A stretch of DNA of 63,679 nucleotides, filler included, from Octopus bimaculoides (Eukaryota), in the NCBI RefSeq assembly GCF_001194135.2. It is 6 parts of 5 records of this genome, joined end to end, with 100 filler letters (N's around TTAATTAATTAA, not from the genome) between each part and the next. Parts side by side here need not be neighbours in the genome. Positions count along the whole stretch, not along the records: positions 41,965 to 53,052 come from NW_026318987.1; positions 53,153 to 62,179 come from NC_068988.1; positions 62,280 to 63,679 come from NW_026388159.1; 3 more parts are not named here. One strand, written 5' to 3'. The position numbers and the translations under genes were made by a program. Position 1 is the first letter of the stretch, and every line of letters begins with the position of its first letter. The notes below the pieces were generated by a model, which worked only from the letters and a program-made list of their open reading frames with translations, did no database searches and was not told where the DNA came from. This document shows positions 52,764-63,679 of the stretch, piece by piece.

Positions 52764-53052
52764 CGAATGGACGCACGTACGTTCGAATTCCGCTCGAACG
52801 GTGCAGAATGTGGTCGAACGGACGGACGTACGTTCGAATTCCGCTAGAACGGTGCAGAGGCATGCCGAACGGACGCACGTCCGTTCGAATTATGCACAAA
52901 CGGTGTAGAGGGTGGCCGAATACGCACGTACGTTCGAATTGCGGTAGAACGGTGCATAGGGAGGCCGAAAGGACGGACGTACGTTCGAATGCCGCTCGAA
53001 CGGTGCGGAGGGATGCCGAAAGGACGGACGTACGTTCGAATTCCGCTCGAAC
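52764..53052. repeat. CpG-rich 51-bp tandem array (5.7 visible units, runs into a gap)
   Basis: Units start at 52764, 52815, 52866, 52917, 52966 and 53017; consensus cgaacggacg(c/g)acgtacgttcgaattccgctcgaacggtgcagagg(n)gc. Confidence 0.9.
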
Positions 53053-53280
53053 NNNNNNNNNNNNNNNNNNNNNNNNNNNNNNNNNNNNNNNNNNNNTTAA
53101 TTAATTAANNNNNNNNNNNNNNNNNNNNNNNNNNNNNNNNNNNNNNNNNNNNTATATATACCCATTAATATAAACTTACGAATAGCTTCCACTATTTACT
53201 CTCCCAGTCATAACCTGGTTGGAAGGGTCATCTTTCACTATGTTCGATTTTGTGAGAAATTTTGTTAAATTTTCACTTTA

Positions 53281-53363
53281 TTCACCTGAAGAAAACGTTT
53301 TTTTTGCATGACGTAACATCTTTGTTCATCAATAAAGAACACATCTGAAACAGCAGTAGTGAA
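53281..53363 (+). ncRNA. Hammerhead motif with intact core and decayed helix II
   Basis: Reads ttcac-CTGAAGA-(54 nt)-GAAA-c-agca-g-TA-gtgaa. Helix I ttcac/gtgaa is perfect, helix III is one change from the agct palindrome, and the helix II base pairs poorly. Confidence 0.55.
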
Positions 53364-53388
53364 CCTCAACCTAAGTGTTTTTTTATAC

Positions 53389-53417
<29 letters not shown>

Positions 53418-53419
<2 letters not shown>

Positions 53420-53576
53420 GGTTAAAGTAGGAAAGAAAGGCAAACAATTAGGCAAGGCATGACAAGGACATATAAATGTTCTACCATTCATTATGTAGCT
53501 AAATTAGATTGAATTAAATGTCCTTGTCATGCCCTGCCTAACTGGTTGCTTTCCTGGTTACTTTCACTTACACCTA
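53418..53576. repeat. Short inverted-repeat element related to 21519-22009
   Basis: taggttaaag..ttaggcaaggcatgacaaggacat vs atgtccttgtcatgccctgcctaa..caccta. Confidence 0.65.
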
Positions 53577-53755
53577 ATGACTCACATAACAACTTCAACA
53601 GTTGTTCAAACTGGAATTTGGTGCCACACCGATTTGAGCACTCAGCACACATACCTATTAATTTGAGTTATACTAATGTAAAGTCCTCAGATCCTTCATA
53701 TATTTTATAGAGATTTGTTGTGTAAGACAAGAACAATGTGAGAAGCTACAAATTA

Positions 53756-53921
53756 AACTAGAAAAAGGACAAAAGAAAGTTGCAATTTTACCTTGTATTT
53801 CTATATTTTGGGGTAAGGACCCTTTCTTTAGGAGATTTCCAAATATCCAGAAGAAGGGGTCTTCACCCCAAAAATAGAAATACAAGGTAAGACTGCAACT
53901 TTGTTTTGTCCTTTTGTAGTT
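53756..53921. repeat. ~70-bp-arm hairpin
   Basis: aactagaaaaaggacaaaagaaagttgca..ccttgtatttcta..tggggt pairs with accccaaaaatagaaatacaagg..tgcaactttgttttgtccttttgtagtt. Confidence 0.8.
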
Positions 53922-54989
53922 CACTTTGTACTTTCTTGCATTGTTTCAGCCTCATGCAACAAATCTCTTTAAAGTTATACCACCTAATGCTTCACCAAAA
54001 CTACCTCATTTTAATACACATACACAAATAAATAAATATATATATATATTCACACACATATACATACATACATACATATAGATATCCAAGTTTTGGGATA
54101 TTTTCATGGGGCTGAACGAGTGTTCTACACCGGAGTATCTCAATTCTGCTCCCATCCCTGTGTCATCTCATTCCTGTAAGTCAACCTTCAACATTTCTTT
54201 CCAACTTCTCTTTTTCTATTGGCTCCTTCTTCCTGGATGACAAGGTATATCTTTAACCAGCTATCATCATCCAGATACACCACATGTCCACACCAGTGTA
54301 TATAAGAAATGTGTAAATGCACAAAAGATCAATTCTACGTTTGCTATCACTGTAAACACACACACACACACACACACATACACACACGCAGATATTCATA
54401 CAGTATTCACTCTACATATATTGCTATATATGTACACAAAAGTAAATGAATATATTTGGGAGTGAAAATATATGCAAGCATACACATTCACACCAGTGGC
54501 AGATCTATAATATAACGTTATGGGGGTCCCTTTTACAACCAGCAACAGAGTGGTGGAGTGGTGACGTGAAGTCTTTAAAAATGAGTCTGACAGTGAGCCC
54601 TCTTTCCACCAGAAACGAGATGTGAGTAATCACCGATGTCGATGTTGTTGTTCCATGGCAGATCACTACAATTTTCTTTGCACTACATTTCAGATTGTGA
54701 TTCTCAAAGTCACTGGTGTGAACAAGTATTTTCCAGACTATGCCTTATACTTTTAGAGTTATGGGGGTTAAAAATAAGGGAAGCATCATATACATACATG
54801 ATGCATCATAGAATAAAGACATAAAACATAACAAATACTATTGTTGATATAATCTAATATTAATCTTATATTTAAGATGCATATGAAAATTTCAAAATAC
54901 TCTTTTTTTTCTGTTTTTTTGTAGCAGTTTTGTTATATGAGAGCTTCCTTACAATGTCCTTTTCTAGAGACGATATGATTAAGGAATTT

Positions 54990-56290
54990 AAGTGCTCTTC
55001 AGTCATGGTAGACCAAAATTAATTCTTTGCAAAGGAAAGCTTTGAGAAATACCTTTCTGCTTCATGGCTCATGACAGGCATTGTCAAGTACAGCTTATGT
55101 GCAGTGGTAATATTAGGGGACACTTCAATTAATTGTTGCTCATAAATAAGCTGAAGAACTTCAGTGCATTGCATTTTAGATAGTGTGTTTTCTTCTGTGT
55201 TCTGGGATGTCCTAAGGTGTAAATACCCTTTGAACTGATAACACTCTTTTATTAATTTGTGGTCAATATCATCTTTGTAATGTGATCTTATAAGTTTGAT
55301 ACTGTCCTCATCAAATTCTGAATTGTTCATTAATTCTGAGAGAAACTTGAACCTTTTTGCTCATATGGCTCAATCCTCTTGCTTAAATGGATTATCAAGC
55401 AGTCATAGACTTAATTTTAGAACTTCTATCCTAAATTTTTCAGCCCCTTTCAAAGAAGCCCTACCACTTGTTCCATCTGCAAATTTTTTGTCACAATGCA
55501 TTTAAAAACATTAGAATAATTTGAGGTGATATATTTACATAAATCTCTTGCTATTGATTCACTTCTTCCGTAACATCTGTTAAAACAGCATATTCTATTT
55601 TTTACCTAATTGTGGCATAAATTGTTTGCATTTCGCTTACATTGAGGCTTCTCTTCTGAGTTTTGAAACTTATGTTTGAGAGTTTGTAAAATATCCCTGT
55701 ATCATTTTTAATTGCCCGGACTGCTTCATAGTGTGCAGACCATCTAGTTACACTTAAGCTCCTTCGAGAAAAGGCTAGATTGCCCTATGTGTTTAAAATC
55801 CTCCATCTTCAAGGAGATTCAGAAAAGGAAACATACAACTGCTGCAATATAGCAAACAACTTCAGGTACAATAAACACTGCATTTTCTCCAACAAGGTTG
55901 AGTGAATGGCTTGCATATGGTAGATAGTCTGCATACTTGTTAATGTTTTTAAGAAGCGATTGCAGCCCTTTCTCTGAGCTCTTCAGGCTGGAAGCATTAT
56001 GATACAACTGACCACAGATATTTTCAAGTGAAAGCTTATGCTCCACCAGAAATTGTATTATTTTGTTGAATAAGTTTGTGGATGAACGGTTTTCTATTGG
56101 CAAAAATGCTAAAAATCTCTCACAGGGCTTTCTATTATAGCAGCATCAGACCACAATTACCAACTGGTCAAAATATGTCATGTTAGGTGTAGAGTCAACA
56201 ATAATGGAGTAGTTTTTGGTGTCTAGGTTGTAATCCACTGTATCCATTAACAAGAAATATGAGGTATCATATTGCTGTCACCAGAAGTAC
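54990..56290 (-). mobile_element. hAT transposase remnant (ZMYM1-like type)
   Basis: CGQLYHNAS..GLQ..YLPYASHSLNLVG, SLSVTRWSAHYEAV and PNITTAHKLYLTMPVMSHEAERYFSKLS (hAT dimerization domain), with stops. Confidence 0.85.
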
Positions 56291-57237
56291 ACCCTTCTGG
56301 TAAATTTTAAGCCACTGGCCACTGACAACCCGGCTACACCTCCTTAGTACCAGCCACCACCACTCACACCAAGGTCACCATCACCAACTAACCCCCATGA
56401 CAACAGCACTGATGGTAGCTCCAGCAACACCAGTGGTAACAGCAACATCTCCAGGCCTGGAGCCAACCAAAGATGCACGAGAAATGTGAATATGTATAAA
56501 ATGAGATGACAAAAGAATAAACAATTATCTTATGAACTTCATTAGCTAACAGAACTGTAGAGATAAACTTAAAGATGAAAACAACGCACTGCTAACACAA
56601 AAGTAGGACACATTATTGGCTTATAAATCTTTAATATACTTAGTAGTAAATCATATTTGCAAAACGAAATATTGTGTCCCTACATGCAATTTATAGGCTA
56701 TATATTTATATTTGCCTATATTTATACATTTTGTTGCTGTTGAGTCATAGGTCAGCCTAGTTGGACAGATTAACACTGAAAGACACTCCAGCCATGGTCA
56801 TGTCATCTTTCTGTATATCTACAACTACAATAACCAGTGCCTTTACCTTTTTAATATGTTAAATTATAGATTTGACTACTACTTCTATCAGAACAAGTAA
56901 CCACATTGAGCCACTTTGTTGGCTCAATGGCTTATGAATGTTGCATGTGTGAGTATGTGTCTCTGTGTATGTTGTATGTGTGTATGTGTTCATAATTTCC
57001 ATTCCTTATTGGGAAGATGAAGAACAGCAACATTTATAATCATACAGGCCCTCTCTTCCAACACTGATTAGATTTTAACTTTGCTGATGTTCAGCTTTGA
57101 CAATGTTGAGATACACTTGGATGGAGAGGGTTAAGGAGGTTCAGCAGAGTGTTTTGGTGGTTGGTTTGAGGAGTAACAGGCAGTTGAGACAAAGATAAAG
57201 ATTGCTGAGTAGTAAGTCATTGTGGTGTGGAACAGTA

Positions 57238-57268
<31 letters not shown>

Positions 57269-58279
57269 AAGTAGTAGTAGTAGCAGTAGCAGCAGCAGCA
57301 GCAGTAGTAGTTATTGTCATTCTTGTTGATTGTCTCAGATCAACCAGCCTTTGATTGAACAGATTTATAATCAAATGTATTCAAACCATGACCCACCTAG
57401 ACAAAATTATCCAATCAGTTTTTTAAGATGGTATGAAATAGTTTGAAGGCAAGTTGGCAGTTAATCTAGCAAGATGAGAAAGGGATGATTGGTGGTTCAA
57501 CTAAGTGGAGTGGTACTATGGGGTGCACAAGTGATCTAGTCACCAATAAATAATTCTCCAAAAATATTTTGTAACTAGACATCAAGCTATATTCTGCTAA
57601 ATTGACCAACTTCACATAGCATTAGTCATGTTATCACTATTCTGAGAGAGTAAGTGTACCATGTTACATCATTCAGTATCCTCTGGCACTGACATAAACT
57701 TGATCATATTGATTGATCACTCAAACAGAAGTCATTAGTCAGTACATTGTTATGAAACAATGATATACATTAATGCTAGCTCGTCATCAGTGATGTGTTA
57801 TACAATAACATACATGCATATACAGTCAGAGGTGTTACACATCATCATCACTACTACTCTACTGCTCAACTCCTCTTCTTCCCCTCTCTGCATCCCTCCT
57901 TTGAATATTCTTTCCATCTTACTACTTTCATTGTTGAACACGCTCACGCATGTGCATATACTCAGGCGTATACAACCATATACACTCTTCCTATCATTCC
58001 CTCTCTCTCCACACTTCCAGCCAGAGACACACACACAAAGTAATTCTTATTTATTATAGAATATTCCACAAGTCAATCCAATATGCTGATCTAAAAACAT
58101 CTCTGTCAATGCAATCCTTTTCTGTAAGAATTTTACATGTAAAGTCTCTGTTTCACTATTGCCATATTGATTTCACTGTTTCATCACAGGTGTTATTTTA
58201 GCCAATCAGAAATCTAAGTAATTCAGAGACTAGTAATTGCTGAGCCATTTTTTTTGCTTCTCTAAACAGAAAATGTGAC

Positions 58280-59290
58280 TGGCTTTAGGCTCCAAAGACT
58301 TAACACTAGACAAGTCTACCAGTTGACCTTTGCAGTCTCATTATGCACAAACACCAGAAACTGATTACATAGAATGGAATTAATTCACTTTCAATTTTCA
58401 CCAACCTAGATACACACACACACACACAAACACATGCACACACACACACAATTATCTGTGTCTGTGTGTAAGAAGAACTCACCATCTTTTTGGATTTCAA
58501 GGAAAGAAATTACTGACACTTTCAATAGTTCCCAAACAGTTACCATTTCAATACAGGTGCCACACAATTCATGACGAGAAAATAGCAAAAGAATTTTCAT
58601 TAAATAATACCATTTATATTCTCTTCTGCTTGACTGCCATATTGGTACCATTGTCTTATCCTTGACCCACACAATCTTCTTAAAGAATAACTATTTTTAC
58701 TTAATGTTTCTTTTATTAGGTTTGTTATCTCAAAACTCATTTTCTTACATCAATCTTCAAAAGATATAAATCTCTCTTGAGTCTTGAATTCACAATCTAC
58801 ACATTAGAGGTAAAGTATAATAAATGTTGTGTTTAAAATTGTGTGGTATCAGGTGTTGCATCGACTGTAAATGGATAGCATTTTAGCTTTGATCTTTTTT
58901 GGGAGTATTTATTCCAAAATGAGATAAGACCAAAGAGAAATAACTATATTTAGTGATTCAACAGGAAAATCATGTACATGCAACATTTCTCCATTTTCCT
59001 GGCTTTCTTTCACCTTCTTAGTATAGGTCAGAAATGTCAAGGAAAGTCAAGTATGGGATCTCAGTAAGACAAAAGTTCAGCCAGCTCAAGGAAGCTACCA
59101 TTGTGAACATCTCCAATCAGATGAGAGATACCGTGGAATGCTAATTCCCTTTCACCAAAGTATAAAATAGTGTAAATTAAATTACATAAAATATTAGACC
59201 AGTTGGTCTCCTTAATTACATGTTGTCTATGTAGAAAATGTTCCATGCATCTGTTTGAATAAATATTCTGTTGGAACTCTCTCTCTATGA
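58280..59290 (-). mobile_element. Second hAT transposase remnant (probably extends to ~60400, interrupted by a SINE)
   Basis: LYFGERELAFHG..IGDVHNGSFLELAELLSY and CVGQG*DNGTNMA. It overlaps the 55-56 kb copy in protein coordinates, so it is a separate copy. Confidence 0.7.
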
Positions 59291-59413
59291 TACATAATTC
59301 AATTTATGCTGCTTACTATGTTTATACCACAGAAATTCTGTGGCATAACTCTCTCTATCCATTCTTTATGGTCAAATCTGATGTATTTACTCTGTATTTT
59401 CCAAATAGTCAAC

Positions 59414-59585
59414 ATAGGCGCAGGAGTGGCTGTGTGGTAAGTAGCTTGCTTACCAACCACATGGTTCCGGGTTCAGTCCCACTGCGTGGCATCTTGGGCA
59501 AGTGTCTTCTACTATAGTCTTGGGCCGACCAATGCCTTGTGAGTGGATTTGGTAGAGGGAAACTGAAAGAAGCCCGTCATATATA

Positions 59586-59644
<59 letters not shown>

Positions 59645-59822
59645 TTGTGTGTCTGTGTTTTTCTCCCCACCATCGGTTGTCAAACGATGGTGGGGGGACA
59701 AACACAGTGGTTTGGCAAAAAGAGACCGATAAAATAAGTACTAGGCTTACAAAGAATAAGACCTGGGGTCAATTTGATCGACTAAAGGCAGTGCTCCAGC
59801 AAGGCCACAGTCAAATGTCAAA
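59414..59822 (+). mobile_element. SINE family B, full length, nested in a hAT remnant
   Basis: ataggcgcaggagtggctgtgtggtaagtagc..gggttcagtcccactgcgtggcatcttgggcaagtgtctt..gaaagaagcccgtc..gtgctccagc. Confidence 0.85.
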
Positions 59823-61149
59823 CATCAGATTGTTATTCTTGTCTGACTGAAAAAAATTGCTGCTCACTTATTTAAGGCAAGGGTATACATCTTATATACA
59901 CACATTATTCAACATTTTCTGCAGTTCTTTCTATTAAAGTTCCAATATCAAATCAATCTTGTACATCATCAATATATGCTTTCTTACGGCTTTGTTTTAT
60001 GTTTGTGATATTCTGTTCCATTCAAGTGTAATTTATTTGACCACTGTAGATGGTTCTTGGACAGCAATTTCACTCCGACATTTAGATGAAGTCAGTTTGT
60101 TCAAAAGTAAGTTCATCACCTGTTGATTGCTTAGCATTTTGGAAATAATACCTATCCTCAGTAATGATATTTTTCATTTGTATTTTTGTTCATTTCTCGC
60201 TTTATTCTGAATTCCTTATACACTCCAGATATTTTCTTATTCCCTGCTCTGGCATGATCAAGGAATATGTAGGAAATCAATAGAATGATCTTTTATACGA
60301 TAACAACTATGAATTCATGCATAATGTTGACTTTTATTTCCTACATACAAAAAGATATTACATCTTCCATTTTGACTGGTAGAACAGTGCTATAATAATT
60401 ATGCAACTTGTGATTTAAAAATACAGGGTTTCACATTGAACAGAATTAAAACAAAGGATATTTCGAATCTTAACCTTTAGCAACAATCAAGGCAAAGAGT
60501 TTGTAAATGTGTCTATGAATATATAATACATATTTTTCTGTATACAAAGTAAATTAAATGTGTCACAGAAAATGTTCATAAATATTTACATTTTCACAAA
60601 ATCAATGGGATAATTTGCATTGGCTTCAAAGAACATGATAAGAGTAACAGATGCCACAGTTGATACCGATGTGGGTAATGCCAAAATGCCTGTCAATATT
60701 CTATTGAAAGTGTGACATCAATTCACTTTGTGCCAACAGACCAAAACATGTCACTAACAGCTTGAAAATTGAAATTTAACTTCCAGCAAATGAAAGGAAA
60801 AGTTTTTTTTAATGAGAAGTAGTCGAGTGATAAAAGTCACATAAAGGATCCTGTGACATAAGCAGAATCATTACTTGGGACCAGTATTTTTTGTCAATTC
60901 AATAAATGGTGGTCTCGAAAGAATATTTGAATCTGCAAAGCAAATTTACTATATTTTCTAATTCCTCTATTAGTGTATGCCTATATTAAAAGAACTTTTG
61001 ACCACAAAATAGGTGTCATTTGCAGAAATGTACAAATGCTGATATAAATGACTAAGATTTGTCAAATGAATTTATTGACATGATACACCATGGAAACTAT
61101 AGGATATTACAACTGAAAGATTTACTCAACAAAAAATATGCAGCTAAAA

Positions 61150-61380
61150 TATAATTGTGAATCATTCTAGATGTTTCTCATGGTGTCTACAACTACAGAC
61201 TCAGCAAAACTTTCATTCAGTAAGTTTAAACTGATAAAGATCTATTTCAGAACAATCCTATCTCAAAGTTAACTGGTGACCTTAGCTCAACTCTGCATTG
61301 AATCAGAACTCAGTCAAAATATTGATTTCAGACATTATACAAAACTTTACACACAAGGAGATACACAAAGTGTTGCTGAA
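61150..61380 (+). mobile_element. hAT C-terminal dimerization-domain remnant
   Basis: SAKLSFSKFKLIKIYFRTILSQS*LVTLAQLCIESELSQNIDF resembles AERSFSKLKLIKNYLRSTMSQERL..LA.LSIE. Confidence 0.7.
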
Positions 61381-61921
61381 AAAGAAACCCCAGTTAGTCA
61401 TTTGTGGTCTTAGTTAATAAATAAAATGATGCTGTTTTAATCATTAGTAGAAGGAGCCCTAAATCAGGCTAATTCTGAGTTTAGATCATTCTTTCAAAAG
61501 CTCAAACAAGTTGTATTGATTAATTGATGCATTGCAAATAATGAAGTTTATTGCTGCTGAAATCTTTACCCATCATCCATATATCTAGCAAGGTAACCTA
61601 AGATGTTGTTGTAATACTTAAACCCAGTTTCACCATGACTGAGTAGATCGAAGAGGAAAGCCATCATAACCATTTCCATACTGTCTTTTAGAAGTATCTA
61701 GCTGTATCGTGTCCTTATTTTGGAGAGTAGATCTTCTAATTTCTTGTGATGAAAAAAGGTGCCCTGTGGAACATAACTTACTATTTGTGTTTCCTTTGCA
61801 GTCTCTCTCTTAGAAAGTCATGTAGCCACTCTCTTAATGGTTTAAGAAAATAGATGATAAACCCAAATGCAAATTCATACATATGCAGAATCCACATATT
61901 ATGATGAAATACCATGTTAAT

Positions 61922-62015
61922 TTACCAGGAGTTACAGTGTGGTGTGGCTTATCCTCAAGACGATTAATTGGACCATTCTTTTTTGATGCTACTGTGACTG
62001 GTCCCGTTTACTTGA
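61922..62015 (+). mobile_element. Tc1/mariner internal fragment related to 12303-12400
   Basis: Nucleotide similarity to 12303-12400; translates [32 protein letters not shown]. Confidence 0.6.
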
Positions 62016-62131
62016 ACAAATAAAAATATATATATAGATAGATAGATATACACAAACACACACACACACACACATATATATACAACTTCATACAAGTACG
62101 CATATAGATATATATACATGTACAAACATAC

Positions 62132-62179
<48 letters not shown>

Positions 62180-62279
62180 NNNNNNNNNNNNNNNNNNNNN
62201 NNNNNNNNNNNNNNNNNNNNNNNTTAATTAATTAANNNNNNNNNNNNNNNNNNNNNNNNNNNNNNNNNNNNNNNNNNNN

Positions 62280-62324
<45 letters not shown>

Positions 62325-62997
62325 ATCTATCTATCTATATATCTATATATATACATAAATATACATACTTGCCTACAAATACACACATTCATACGCACAC
62401 ACACACATACATAGACATATACATAAAAATACATATATATTCATACACACATATATACATACGCATATACATACATACATACATATATATACAAATATAC
62501 ATACAGACATAAATACATACATACATGCATACATCTATATATACATACATACATACATATATACATACATACATACATACAAATAGACATACAGACATAA
62601 ATACATACATACATGCATACATCCATATATACATGTACACATGTATATATATGTGACCAAAAGCAACGACAATACCAGCAAGAACAAAAAAGACATCTTC
62701 AACTGAAACAACAGCAGCAACACCAATAACAACAACAACAACAACAACAGTAATAATAGAAACAAACAGAGCAATAAAACAACTGTAGTAACAACAATAA
62801 CAGCAGAAACAACAACAACAACAAAAATCACAGCAGCAGCAGCAACAATAACAACAACAACATCAACAATAGTATTGATGGAAACGAATTTTAAAAAGTG
62901 TAAACTGAAGCGTCTTGAGGATATGACGGAACTCGATGGAAGTTAATCTCTGTAAGCACCGCTTCGTTGCATGAAAAGATGTGGGCATGCCGTATCC

Positions 62998-63250
62998 CTG
63001 TGGAGGCGCGTGGCTTAGTGGTTAGGGTGTCAGCACCATGATCGTAAGATCGTGGTTTCGATTCCTGGACCGGGCGACGCGTTGTGTTCTTGAGCAAAAC
63101 ACTTCATTTCACGTTGCTCCAGTCCACTCAGCTGGCAAAAATGAGTAACGCTGTGATGGACTGGCGTCCCGTCCAGCTGGGGAAATCATACGCCATTGAA
63201 ACCGGGAAACCGGGCCCAAGAGCCTGGCTAGGCTTTAAAAGGGCGCATTT
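62998..63250 (+). mobile_element. tRNA-derived SINE, family C
   Basis: A box TGGCTTAGTGG, B-box-like GTTTCGATTCC, core gttgtgttcttgagcaaaacactt..cagtccactcagctggcaaaaatgagt. Confidence 0.8.
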
Positions 63251-63614
63251 ATTAATTTTTATGCCGCATGCCTGCGAATCTTGCATTCCCATCGTTAACA
63301 AGAAGATTGTTATATCGTGAAAGTAGAAAGAGAAACAAAGATCTTACTTTAGCTACTTGGGATGCACCAGGGCCGTTTTCTTCGATCAAGGAAATGATCA
63401 ATCGAGCAATAGAAATCCGTAGTTCTAATGCCTGGAATATGAAGAAAAAGATAGAAGAAAAGAACAACGAGAGGATATGAAATAACCACATTGAAAAATC
63501 ATAGAATAGTGATCGAAACCTTTTGTTACCATGAAATGCATCCCCTTTTGTTTCAATTAGTTTGAAAATAATGAAGAATTTAGTAAAATAGCTGTCATTA
63601 TTCAGTTGGTCTTT

Positions 63615-63679
63615 AAGGTGGCGAGCTGGCAGAATCGTTAACATTCCGGGCGAAATGCTTAGCGGTATTTCGTCTGCCG
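63615..63679 (+). mobile_element. SINE family A head, truncated by the window end
   Basis: aaggtggcgagctggcagaatcgttaacattccgggcgaaatgcttagcggtatttcg. Confidence 0.75.

Noticed and set aside
52764-53052. Palindromic repeat array as a CRISPR, or as tandem Pol III B boxes
   Set aside because: Units are contiguous and similar throughout, with no unique spacers and no cas genes in a eukaryotic context. GTTCGAATTC has the wrong spacing for the GTTCRANNC B box, and no A box is present.
62998-63075. tRNA gene
   Set aside because: A and B boxes are present, but no cloverleaf or oligo-T terminator. It continues into a core shared with other dispersed copies, so it is a SINE head (the same applies to families A and B).
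63268-63480. ORF MPANLAF..LTLATWDAPGPFSSIKEMINRAIEIR as a gene or retroelement domain
   Set aside because: No motif could be confidently assigned and there is no clear splice context; left unannotated.

Overview
AT-rich animal genomic DNA, saturated with microsatellites and SINEs. The repeat landscape strongly suggests a coleoid cephalopod (Octopus-like); this is inference. Five artificial linkers (44 N + TTAATTAATTAA + 44 N) cut the window into six segments whose true adjacency is uncertain. The only confidently identified gene is five consecutive + strand exons (31757-41287) of a choline transporter-like protein (SLC44A1/CTL1 family), with canonical splice sites and consistent phases. Its first and later exons were not found. 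There are also candidate exons of an unidentified minus-strand gene, an NRF1/ETS-type promoter and two candidate first exons. Decayed transposons include mariner, another Tc1/mariner element, three hAT, three RTE-type and one R4/Dong-like LINE remnant, plus four short interspersed families. The most interesting signal is invisible to the ORF track: a dispersed set of type I hammerhead ribozyme motifs of the minimal, palindromic-helix-III kind known from Penelope-like retroelements. Two look near-intact (32268-32397, with a ~93-nt extended helix II, and 14924-14984). Several are decayed, including a tail-to-tail pair forming a 480-bp foldback and a mutated copy on the sense strand of the CTL1 intron. 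A CpG-rich 51-bp palindromic tandem array (52764-53052) is also unexplained. Almost all ORFs in the supplied track are microsatellite or gap artefacts.
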